Positions 40,201 to 53,400 of a stretch of DNA of 64,000 nucleotides are shown one piece after another (position 1 is the stretch's first letter; the number at the start of each line of letters is the position of its first letter). The notes below the pieces were generated by a model that saw nothing but the letters and a program-made list of their open reading frames with translations, made no database searches and had not been told where the DNA came from. Origin of the DNA: Lingula anatina (taxonomy: Eukaryota; Animalia; Brachiopoda); the NCBI GenBank assembly GCA_051362555.1, contig CM120642.1:32240001-32304000 (forward strand), written 5' to 3'. The position numbers and the translations under genes are program-made.

Positions 40201-43137
40201 GTTCTTCAGTATACTTGAACTAGCAGGTTTCATTTTTGTCTATTATTAAAAGATATTTTTTGTTACGTAGGTGATGTAATGAATAATATACCACTACTTT
40301 GGAAGTATTCATTACTGTCTGAAGATAATTTACAAATCTTGTTTATAATAGAGAGATAAAGGATATTACAAAGAAAAAAAAGGAATCTGAAAATCTCAGG
40401 GATTCACTCTTTGAAAATATTCATTACCATGTAAAAATTTTTTTATCAACTTTGTTTACAACAGAGAGATTTAGGGGACAGACTCCTGCCAGCCTTTGGC
40501 AGCGGGTCCAAAGTGCCCTTCTCTGACGTCAACCTGAAGACCCACAAGGCGCACCCCCCCAGGTGGGGCCCCGACAGCAGCACCTCGGAGGTGACCACCA
40601 TACAGCTGGAGTTCCGTGATCTCAGCAAGATAACTGGAGATCCTAAGTATGCTGTAAGTATGTTTACAGAATACAACTGAGATTACCAGACTCGTGGAGG
40701 TCTGCAGGGTCTGGAAATCTAGTTATGCTGATGCTTAATTGATGATGTAGATGGTTGACTTCGGTTGATACGATAGATTGAAGTATGTTTGTGTTCACTT
40801 CCAATGTTGAGCCAACCACCCATAACATCTCAGCTTGTTCCCACTGCTCTGCTAAAAATGTAATCAATCTGTAGCGTTGAAAGCTGTAGTGTTAGATGAA
40901 AAGTGTTCTCAGGAACTCGCTGTGTTTAGTTTAAGAAAATTGATTTGATATGGGTATAACTGCAATGTTACAATTAGATTTAAATAAATGTCTTCAACAT
41001 TGTTCTTAAGGTTTCAAATTTCTGGCCCACTGCCTGCCAAAGAGATAAGTACCATATAAATACATGCCGTATGACTTGTATTTCTCATATTTTCACTTTG
41101 CAAAAAGGTTGATTCTTATGCAAGCTTCCCATTTCCATCTTTCATGAAGTTTAAGTTATAATGTTGAAACTAATAGTAAAATTATGCTTGATTTACAGCT
41201 GGCTGCTGATGAAGTCACAAAACACGTCCATGGTCTACCCAAGAAAGATGGTCTGGTGCCGATTTTCATAAATGCTAGGACTGGGAATCTCAGGTCTTCA
41301 GGCACCATTACACTGGGTGCCAGAGGGGACAGCTACTATGAATATCTGCTGAAAATGTGGGTGCAGAGTGGGAAAACCTATGATATGTAAGTAAATGAAA
41401 TATTAGAATTCAGGCCCGTTGCCAGGGAGATTAGGGGCGGTTCGAAAGAAGTTTTTACTGAGTTCATTTTATTGTTACTTGTTCAGTGTTACCTGTATTA
41501 AAGTGAACAGTTTTGCCTGTGGACACCTTACCAGCAGGGTACACTATATAAACCTTCCACTTCTCCACTACTCGCCTCACTTCACTTCACTTCACTTCAC
41601 ATTTGTTGGACAGGGGGTCACTTCACTACTACTGGACAGAGAAAGATAGCCCAGTGTGCCAACAATTAATTCTGCTGATAATTCTGTTGACATCTGAATT
41701 TTATTTCAGTTCTGCAGCATAACATCAAACTTTGTATTCATCTCATTTGCTACTGAGCTAGCAGTGTGTACTTACCCAGGTTTCCTAAGAAATAATAATA
41801 ATAATAATAATAATACAAAAAGTTACCAATGTAGTAGTTTTCCATACCACACATATATAATGCCTTCTTCCATTAATTTCCAGGGTGAAAGATGATTATG
41901 TGGAATCCGTGGAAGGTATAAAGAAGCATCTAGTCAGACTTACTGAACCTAACAAGTTGACATATGTAGGGGAGCTGCTATCTGGGTCAATGTTCAGTCC
42001 TAAAATGGTGAGGAAGCACCACATTGTTGTATATAGTATGGAGAAAGAGAGAGAGAGAGAGAGTCCATTAACTGTGTCTCAGTCATTTATGAACTAAATG
42101 TCTTATATATCAGTGTGACTGCATGTTAGAGATTTGAATGAAAAACTATCAATGTCTAAGAGCAAAAATGTTCATTGGCTTAGTAGGTGGATCATACATG
42201 ATAATTATAAAACTCAAGCTGAAATGTTTTCATACAGTTAGCTTACCATATGAAAATATTTCAGCTTGTGTTTTACAAGTACACATCAATGCCTATATTT
42301 TCAACATTTTCAGGACCATCTAGTCTGCTTTTTACCAGGAACATTAGCTCTAGGTCATATCAATGGTCTTGATCCTCAACACATGGAGTTGGCCAAGAAA
42401 TTACTATATACTTGTTACCAGATGTATGAGAAAATGCCAACAGGGTTGAGTCCTGAGATTGCCTACTTCAACCAGGCTCCTGGAGCACCTGATGATATTA
42501 TTGTCAAGGTAAATTTTTTCTACCTTAAATAATAAATAAGTGTAAATTTTGAAAAAAAATATTTCCCATCTCAACGCCTTTGAAAAGATGGGCCTATTTC
42601 AGTTGAAAATACAGAATTTTGTTCACTAAGAAATGTCTTGATAAATAAAAAATATTTTAACAAAATATTTGCCAAATGAAAAAAAATATTTAAACAAAAT
42701 ATTTGCCTTGTTGATCCCATGCTTATTAATATTAGGGAGTTATTAATAATATCTCTATTATAGTCTATTATACAAGAATGTACCAATGTCTCTTTATATT
42801 ACAGCCAGCTGATCGCCACAATCTCCTGAGGCCAGAGACAGTGGAGAGTTTGTTTTACATGTATAGATTTACTGGAGACAAAAAATATAGAGAGTGGGGA
42901 TGGAAAATTTTCCTAGCTTTTGAGAAATACACAAAACTAGAAGAAGGCTACACATCTATTAGTAACGTCATGGACGTGCGTTACCCAAGACCAAGAAACA
43001 AAATGGAAAGTTTCTTTCTTGGGGAGACTTTGAAATACTTTTATTTATTATTTAGTGATGACCCAAATCTAATACCGTTAGACAAGTATGTGTTTAATAC
43101 AGAAGCTCATCCATTGCCTATTTATTCTTCTTTGTGA
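37280..43137 (+). CDS. MAN1B1: ER mannosyl-oligosaccharide 1,2-alpha-mannosidase (GH47), type II membrane protein, 11 coding exons
   Basis: Exons about 37280-37384, 37972-38217, 38484-38642, 39112-39208, 39565-39750, 39930-40078, 40464-40652, 41199-41387, 41884-42007, 42314-42508, 42805-43137. N-terminus YDNSK...[13 protein letters not shown] plus a TM segment. GH47 motifs [79 protein letters not shown]. Confidence 0.97.
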
Positions 43138-46100
43138 AAAAAGTTAAATTGTCTTTAGTCTTTCATTTTAAGCAGTATTCATCATGTTTTCAAATGCTTT
43201 TAAGAACTGTTGATAGAAAGAAATTGTTAAAAACATTTCTTTCAAACCAAATTTACATTCTCCTGTGACACTTTCTATGCATTTTTTTTTTTTTTGCTAT
43301 GTACTGGAAAGTGTCTGGATTTTTTGAAAAATTGATTATGTGCCAGCTTTGCTGTCTAGTATCTGTATTATAATATCTCTTCCAAAGAGGTTTGCCGTTG
43401 ACACCCCATGAACCTCTCTAAAAATACATTTTTTCTGCACTATGTTGTACAGTAATACTGTATTGCAATTTAGATAGACATCAGTTAAATAAGAGTCCAC
43501 ATTCAGCTGAAGTTATTCTCCAGGCAATATTTTTGTATGATAGTATTGACAATGGTGTATCAGTGATGATAAAATAATGGCAATCCAAATATTATACCAA
43601 AAAATTCAGATAAGAAAATTTTTGAAAAAACTAAGCATGTCAAGAGATTCAAGTTAGTGATCTGATCTGATACTGTGATTACTGGTTGTTAGGTAAACTA
43701 AAATGCTAAAGAGTGAGGGAATTAATTATTTGGCTGTATAACCACAAATGGTAAGATTCCCCCCATGTTTTATGTATTTACATAAAAATTTGTATCAGTT
43801 ATGACAAAAAGGATTGTTGAACCAACAACAGAGTAATAAAAGGTAAATATCAATACAAATCACTAGTCCAGTGATAGTTATAAGGTAAATAAATGGACAC
43901 GGGACGTGCACTTAAATGTTGGATTTATTATCTTCCGTCAAGGAGTTAAGTACTCTAAATATAGATGAATGTTATAATGCCTGTGTTTCATGCATTTTCT
44001 GACAAAATTTGCATCAATTATGACGAAAGGGCACTTGAATCTGATACAGATCTAGTCCTAGAAGTATAAGACAATTAACTACTTGACTGTGGTTTAATGG
44101 TGATCAGGAATAGCCAGAGGCTTAGGAACTAAGGTGTTCGCGTTCATACAGACTCCTTCAGTGAACGAATTACGTAGATCTAGGTATAATTGTAGATAGA
44201 AACAATTAGGTAGGTAAATGAGCCCGGTTGCCTTAGTGAACAAAATGTTGTTTATATTTCTGTTTTCGTTGTTAATATTTCCTACATGAGAAGACTACTA
44301 TTGTACCAGCTGTTAGATTCAGATTTCATTAGAAAAAAAGTAATAGATATGGTAGGCTTTTGAGATAGAAAAAAAAAAGAAGGTTTTCATCAAGTCTGCA
44401 ATATTCACTGCTTGCTTCTGATCTGTTAAAATGGCTGAAATTATTCTTTTTATTATGAATTTCGGTCATGAGGGTGCACTTGTCTTTAAGAAAATTGGAT
44501 AGTTTGAGATTAAAAATTAAATGTATTTTCTTTCTAGCAAAGTGATACTCCCGGCATTAATACGGCAAGCAGGTCTTCATTTAAAAATGATATATGTATA
44601 AGGGAAAGTGATACCTGTCACTCCCTTCTGATGTTTCTATCAATTAGAGATATTAAAATTGACTTGTCCGGGGTTGAACAGTGATTACCATAGTGTCATT
44701 CAAAATGATTTTCTCATCTTGGAAAAGGCAATTTGTAAACTATTTCCTGTATAGACAATTTTACTAGGGAGGACAAGTCTTTGGGTCTATGTCTGTGGGT
44801 GTATAGGCCCTGCATTTCATTTACAATGTGATTTACAACATGTGGAATAGCTAAGGAAAGTGGGGAGAGATGTAATCTTGTAAGTATTTGGGTAGAATGG
44901 TTTTTATTTGACATGTTGACACTAGATTATTGTTTATTGTAGATATAAAGTTATTTTTTATTCATAAAAAAAACATGACTCGTTCTTGTTGATTTATTTC
45001 TCTTAGCAACTAGTCAACCCATTTTGTTCAGGATTTGGATGGAATTTTACCAAATAGTCATGGGTGCTGACGTGGACTGACGTGCACATATGCAAAACAC
45101 ACTCACGAATATTTAAATATTTACAAAGAGATTAAATATTTTACTCGGTCAAAAAAAAAGTGAAAAATTATTTTCATAACCCTACTCAAATTTGTACATG
45201 CATGAAACAAGTGGGAGGGTTTTATTTATGGGGAAGTACACATTTGAGTTTTGTGGACCAATATTATTGTCATGCAAGGCATCAATGAGTAGACAAAGGG
45301 TAGTTTTAGATTTAAAAATCAATACACAGCTCAACTAGTCATAATTACAATGTTTCTCTGTCATTTTATTCTCTGAGCAGTATTTAATACTGCTTAATAA
45401 TATTACTTCACAATAGGGATGGTTTTGTACATTATCAATAAAACTAATCAGATTTAATTAACTAAACTGCACTTAAAGAGCAAATTAATATCACTCATTA
45501 TATGGCCTATGTTTTATATTCCATTAGATATAAAAATTACAAACATTCTACATAATTGGAGGGAATATGCTATTACACATCAACAAATACACTGGAAAAC
45601 ATTATACAATATATGTGCATGTTTAATAAGAGTAACTATTAGTAAGCGAAAAAGCCTTCAAAGACTCCTGTTACTACAACTTAAAGGGTATATCCCCCAA
45701 CCCCCAACGATGTCCTGAAACACAAGACATTTGGAGGGGAGTCCCTTCTAAACTAAAGGCGCATTCTGAGCAGCTTTAACTTAAACTATACCAGATGACA
45801 TCACCAGGTGAACAGATTATGACTGGCTACACACAGTATTCTTGGATATGACATCAGCTATAGGATATTAATGTCAGTAAGATATGTCTGCAAGGCTTCT
45901 GGATGTCTACTAGTTAAAAATTCAACACCAAACAAAGACAATCTGATAGAATATTTTTACCCAGTCAGTTTAAATTTCTTTACAAGTGAAGCTGGATGCA
46001 TACTCAAAGGCGATTGAAAATATAATTAAGATAATATTTTATGACAAAATTGTGTGCTTAGACAAATTCTATAATGATGCTGACTGGTTTTCTTGCAGAT

Positions 46101-47695
46101 AGATAACATGCAACTACGGCACCCCATCTTCACATTAAAATGCAGACATTTTAATAACTGAATACACAAGTATTCATAATCGAATAAGGCACAGAAACTT
46201 GTTTCCAAAACACATCTTGATACAAGTCAAGCAATTTTTGTTCAGGCGCCGTGTATGTTTTAATCACTGTGGGCTTTATATGAGCCACCATAATGAAACA
46301 ACAACTTCAAAATAAACCAATATGGCGTCTCTGCAATCTTGGCAACACACACCCACCATTCAGATATCATCGTAATTATTTAATGATTTTTAGTCAATTG
46401 GTGATGTGTGTAGGAACCAAAGCAATGTTACACCAATGATTTACTGAAACCTACTGTAGCTGCAACTTAAAAATGCTTAAAGAGCTTTGGTCGTAAAATC
46501 ATATAATACATTACAAGAACTTGAGACATTTAACGAAATGGGCAGTGTAGGAATCCACTAATATATAATATCTATAACAATCATTTTGTCTAATTCACAC
46601 TGTTATACAATGATCAAAGTTATACAGTTATAATACCAATAATCTAATTTTTGTCATAATGCCTGTTCTAATCGAGAACAAGAAGATAAAGTCTGATTGC
46701 TTAAAATATTGATTAAAATGAGATCAAATCTCAAAACATAAAAAAAACTTGAACGCCATCTTTGATGTCTTCTTGCAGAGACCTTTGTGAGCACATGGTA
46801 TTTCTTTACAACCATGATCACCTTAAAACTGTTCTTTAATAACATTTTGCAAGGCAGTGCTTAGCAGTGAACACAAATAAAACACTAGACTAGTAAAATA
46901 ACATTTCTTTTTCAAGTATGACAGTAAAATAGACTAGTAAGACCCAAACTGTTCTGTATAGGGAATTCCATGTAGTACTGCAAGTGTGAATCTAAAAACA
47001 GCGTGGTGATGTTTCTTAATATACAGACACCTGTGAATCTTGGGTGTTATCTTGCATAAATAACTTGGGAACTTTTGACAAAAAAAAAGTAACAATAGAT
47101 AAGAAAACTGCAACAGATGTAAATAATGAATGACTGAATCCAATTTAAAATTGTATGTATGACAAAGTTGAAGGAGACGAGACTTTCCCAGTCATCATTG
47201 TAAAAAGTGCATTACAGTTAAATATATACTGAAAAACAAGTGACAAAGCTTCTGAAAGAATCTTGCTGGTCATCCTGTCTAGTAGCACAGTAAGAATCTC
47301 CTTTTTACGTATAACAGGGACTGGAACAGAGCACCCAAAATAAATGTAGACTACCCTCTCTTAAATAAAGACATTTAAAAATGTGAAATTATCCAGCAAA
47401 ATAGAGCTAAATCTCTGCTGATTATTACAGGCTTTCCCATGGGCTAAATTTTGAACACACCAATTAATTCTTTGACCTATACAAATGACACCAAGATTCA
47501 TGCAAAACGCAGATTCTGATTTCCATTGATGCAACAAGATATATGACACTCTAAAAAATTAAATGCAAAACAGTGTCCCCATTTTTCAGATACAGTTGTT
47601 ATAAAATGTTGGGTACTTTGGCAATGAAGACAGACTCTGGCGACAACAACATTTACAATAACAGCAGTGTTTGCACATAAAAAACAAATGTCTGC

Positions 47696-50382
47696 CTATA
47701 CTTCTGAGCTGTCATTATTATTCTGATATTTAGGATCATACACTCTACTCTTGCCATTCCCAATGGGGACAGTGACTCCATTACTGAGAGATTTCTTTTT
47801 TTCTTTTTTCTTTCTTCCAACAACGATGACAATTACAATAATAATTATGCATAAAACAAGGAATAGAACAACTGCAATAATAATTGGTATTATGGGTGTG
47901 CTGGCTGGTTCAGTATTTAAAACAGATGTTCCAACTTCAGTGTTTCCTTGCAAATTATTGTCCTCCGCTTTAGCTGTAAAGTTCAGTGATATTCTCACCA
48001 TATTTGTTCCCCTGTTATTACTTTGGCCAATATTTTTAGTGTCTTCTATTGCACGCTTTCTTCGTGTGTGTAACACCTCTTCCACCATTGTTTCTAATGA
48101 TGATTGAATGCCTGAAATGCTGTGGTACGTGATGCTTCTTTTTCCGATGCCGTTCCGCGAGTTTTCCATGGAACGCACAGTGTAAATGGCGTGGACAAAC
48201 CACTGTCTTCCTGAGTCCACCTATAATACAATACAAAATACACAACAGTTAAAAGAGAATTTCAATTCATGAAAATATTTCATCACTTATAAAACAATTA
48301 AAAGACATTTTAAATTAATGAAAACATTTTGTCATTTCATGAACTCACTCAAATTATTTAAAGTTTAAGAAACAACTAAAAAGTTTTGCTCCCAAATAAG
48401 GAAGTTTAGGGAACAAAAGTTCTTGCCTTGAACAGAGGTTTGGCATCCAGGCTAAACCCATCAGATCCTGGCTGCAGTACGAGGTTCACTGCTGAGGGGT
48501 CGTCTACTGCCAGCCTTGCATTGAAGGGGATGTCTCTGAATGTAGGGGAGATAGTGTTAGGGGCACCTTTGTCCTGTAAGAGAATATCAAACATCAGTAG
48601 GTAAATAAGAAGTACTGTAACTGTATGAGAAATTGGGGAAATGAATGTTCTGATTCATCCAGTAAAGTGATATCACAAGAGGGAAAAAGTAAATCTGATA
48701 TTGGACTAACTTAGTGATAGTTACCTCATAAGTCCATTACTACACTTGTTTTTTTTTTCTATTGTGATATATGAAACATTGTCGGAAATTTTTATTTTAC
48801 CAGGACTTTTGCTTTTCCAGAGACAAACTTGTGCATTACTCAAGTGACTATGAAAAAAAAAATCAGTTCATTTTCATTGACTTTTATCAGTAAAACTCAC
48901 CAGTATTCTAAATGTCTGCTGTAAGTTCGGTGAGTCCGCCACACAACCATATTCCTCATTGGCAGGGTCATACTTAGGAATATACCCATCCTTGCCAGTA
49001 CATATGAATACTTTCTCAATGTTCAAGTTAAAAGAATCACCAAGATTCTGAACTGAGTCCACCATTATTCTTCCATATATCTTGTCACCTGAGAGAGACG
49101 GGGAAGTTTTATATGAATGCAAAAATTACTTCAAGAACACAACCTGACAAATATTAAAATTTAAAGAATCTTAAAATATTTTGCAATATCACAATAACCA
49201 TTTACTGAATTTAATTATCGATTTGTTTCCATACCTTGTCCAAAAGCAGCATCTGAGTCCTCTCCAAAACCCATAGAACCATCAGACAGCCAAAGGGCCT
49301 TCTTCCGCAGCAGATGAAAGTTGGTATTGAGGCTGAACTCGGCAGGCACAGGATCACTAATCTGCTGGAATCTTATATCCAGGTCAAAGTTCATAGGCTG
49401 ACGAGGGTTACAAACGACTGGGAGGGCGTACTCTTGGTCCAGGGGGGTGGTGCAAGGAATCAGCTTTATGGTGTACTTCCCTGAGTAGTCACGAACCTGT
49501 AATAAGAAATTGTCTTCTTATCAAAATCATGATTTTTAAAATTTTTGAATGATATGTGGTTTTCATCAGTGCTAGTGGTATTTTCTACAAGGTAACACTC
49601 AATGCTCTTCATGTATAAATGGAAACCATGAAAGAATCACATGCCAAAAGTTGTCCCACCACAATCTTTACCGAATACCGAAAATTTGGAGTTATTTCAA
49701 TAACTACAGTTGCAACTTACAGCATAATCTGACACAAACTCCCATGTTTGTTCAGGCTGTTCAAAGGTTGGTTCACTTCTCAGAAGTTCCAAGGTAAAAG
49801 TGAGATCAGGATTGACGGCTGACATCACCATGGAAGTCAGACTGGTGCCTGGTGAAGACAAGGGATAATAGAACAGCAGAATGAAATTGAAAGGGGAGGG
49901 AACCAATTAAAGCCCACAAAAAAAAAAAAAAAAAAAAAAAACTATCCTCTATCACAACATATACCATAAGCCAACTTCTACCACCAGAAAATGGACAAAA
50001 TTGACAAGAATTTTAAAGAAAAAATTACTGGTAATTAGACAGAAAAATCGGTCTTAATGGAGATTAATATTATCACATTAAATGTTATGAGAAAACTAAA
50101 ACTGGAATGGTAATTATTTATTCTACTCTCCTCTTTAAAAATATGTCAATTTTCCACTCATAACTAATAGACAAATTAAATCGTAACTCAAAAGTATGTA
50201 ATATCTTTTAAAGCTAGTTACCTGGATGACTCAACACATATTGCCCTCTGAATCTGGCTTCTGTTCTAAAATTTACAGCAAGACGGCCATCTTTTCTTAT
50301 ACGCATACTGGTTGGATACAGAAAACCTGGATTAAATAAATAAAAAGACATGTTTATTTCAGTATGAGAAAGCCAAAGAATA

Positions 50383-50416
<34 letters not shown>

Positions 50417-53400
50417 CACGCATGCATGAACAAATATCTGAGTAATTTTAAAATAAGATCATAAGAAAATAAATATCATTTTACCTTGAAGTTCTGATGA
50501 ACCATCTTCGGCACCAATACCATTCTGCCACAAGATGGCAGTGTCGTATACAAATGTAAGTCTGAGCTGTGAGGACAGGTCGTAGTTCTGCCAACCACCA
50601 GTCGACACGGGTGAGTGAAATACATACGATACGTACAGCGGGACACGCACTGACACGTAAGACTGCTTGAGATTCAAAACCTGCATACCAAAGAAAATTA
50701 ACACACATCATTAAAATTAATGCTTAAAAAAACTTGAAATTCTGTAAATGTTAATATTTGAGCCATTTATAAAAGAACTGAAGAGAAGAGCTGTGACACT
50801 TTCTAAAAGCCACTTACTGACTTGAAAAAATCATGAAAACATAATGTTTTGTAAAGAGAGAAAAAAAAATACCACTCACCTGTCCATCTGTACCAATGGT
50901 TCCTCCACAGTCCGTCACCAGCTCAGACATGGTATAATAGGTCACAAACTCCCAGAGACACGCCTCAAGGTCCAGATTCCTGAGAGAAATTGTGTTTAAT
51001 ATAACTTACATAATCAACTGAATGCCACTGTCAAAAATATCACTTTTTGGACCCAGTTGTAAAATACTGAAGCACTATTATAAAACTGACTTGAACTCCT
51101 TTGCTTGTATAACTAAACTGAACTTCTGCACTAACACATTTGAACCAAACTTCTACACTTATACAATTGAACTGAACATCTACACTGATACAATGTAACT
51201 AAACTTCTGCACTTATACGCTTAAATGAACTGCAAATCTAAAATTTAATAGAGAACTGCCGTTAATTAGAAGGCTAGCAAATAACATAAGTCACTCTAGA
51301 AACTTCAATATCATAAACAGATTGACAATGAATAATTTCAAAATGAAAGTTCCATATTACTCATGCTTTCACAATGTACACAAAACAATGTAATAACTAG
51401 AGGATCAGAGAGGCGATACCGCCTCCGAATATTGTACCACCAGCTGGAGCAAGCGCATTCGTATAGACCCCCACATACACAAAATAAGGGGTGCAGCCAC
51501 CAGTCTTGTGCTTGACAAGCTGTAAAAATGCAATCAACAAGAATTTTCAAAATATGCAAAAAATATATATAACTAAAAATGGTGCAATCAAAGTTAAGTT
51601 CATTGTAAGGTAGGTCAAAGGTCAATTTCAAGGTCACAGTAAATTGCCAGTATATGACTTCCTATCCAACTTCAATAGTAACTATGGACCTATCTCTGCC
51701 AGTTTTGGAGATAAAAGGGAAGCAAAATTTGCAAAGTTCAGTTCATGGTGAAAAGTAGGTCAAAGGTCAATTTCAAGGTCACAGTAAGATTGCCAGTATA
51801 TGACTTCCTATTCAACTTCAATAGTAACTATGGACCTATCTCTGCCAGTTTTGGAGATAAAAGGGAAGCAAAATTTGCAAAGTTCAGTTCATGGTGAAAA
51901 GTAGGTCAAAGGTCAATTTCAAGGTCACATTTAGATTGCCAGTATATGACTTCCTATTCAACTTCAATAGTAACTATGGACCTATCTCTGCCAGTTTTGG
52001 AGATAAAAGGGAAGCAAAATTTGCAAAGTTCAGTTCATGGTGAAAAGAAGGTCAAAGGTCAATTTCAAGGACACAGTAAAATTGCCAGTATATGACTTCC
52101 TATGCAAGTTCAATAGTAACTATGGACCTATCTCTGCCAGTTTTGGAGATAAAAGGGAAGCAAATTTTGCAAAGTTCAGTTCAAGGTGAAAAGTAGGTCA
52201 AAGGTCAATTTCAAGGTCACAGTAAAATTGCCAGTATATGACTTCCTATTCAAGTTCAATAGTAACTATGGACCTATCTCTGCCAGTTTTGGAGATAAAA
52301 GGGAAGCAAAATTTGCAAAGTTCAGTTCATGGTGATAAGTAGGTCAAAGGTCAATTTCAAGGTCACAGTAAGATTGCCAGTATATGACTTCCTATTCAAC
52401 TTCAATAGTAACTATGGACCTATCTCTGCCAGTTTTGGAGATAAAAGGGAAGCAAAATTTGCAAAGTTCAGTTCATGGTGAAAAGTAGGTCAAAGGTCAA
52501 TTTCAAGGTCACATTTAGATTGCCAGTATATGACTTCCTATTCAACTTCAATAGTAACTATGGACCTATCTCTGCCAGTTTTGGAGATAAAAGGGAAGCA
52601 AAATTTGCAAAGTTCAGTTCATGGTGAAAAGAAGGTCAAAGGTCAATTTCAAGGTCACAGTAAAATTGCCAGTATATGACTTCCTATGCAAGTTCAATAG
52701 TAACTATGGACCTATCTCTGCCAGTTTTGGAGATAAAAGGGAAGCAAATTTTGCAAAGTTCAGTTCAAGGTGAAAAGTAGGTCAAAGGTCAATTTCAAGG
52801 TCACAGTAAAATTGCCAGTATATGACTTCCTATTCAAGTTCAATAGTAACTATGGACCTATCTCTGCCAGTTTTGGAGATAAAAGGGAAGCAAAATTTGC
52901 AAAGTTCAGTTCATGGTGATAAGTAGGTCAAAGGTCAATTTCAAGGTCACAGTAAGATTGCCAGTATATGACTTCCTATTCAACTTCAATAGTAACTATG
53001 GACCTATCTCTGCCAGTTTTGGAGATAAAAGGGAAGCAAAATTTGCAAAGTTCAGTTCATGGTGAAAAGTAGGTCAAAGGTCAATGTCAAGGTCACAGTA
53101 AGATTGCCAGTATATGACTTCCTATTCAACTTCAATAGTAACTATGGACCTATCTCTGCCAGTTTTGGAGATATAAGGGACTAAATGTTATAATTTTGGA
53201 GTTACCATAATGTGCCATAAATTTCCTACAGAAAAAATTAATTAAAATAAAGAAAAGGTCATTTTGGTCAAAGTTCTTGAAATGGGAGGTTCTCTGAAGT
53301 TGCAGAAGTTTAAATTTGATAAAATAATGTCATTTTTGACCACAAGTTGTCTGCTTTGCCAAGCATTATGTTTTATTTTTCCGGAGTTCAAAATTTATTA

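Noticed and set aside
51612-53180. 146-bp array as a CRISPR array
   Set aside because: Units are near-identical along their whole length with no unique spacers, there are no cas genes, and the context is a eukaryotic intron.
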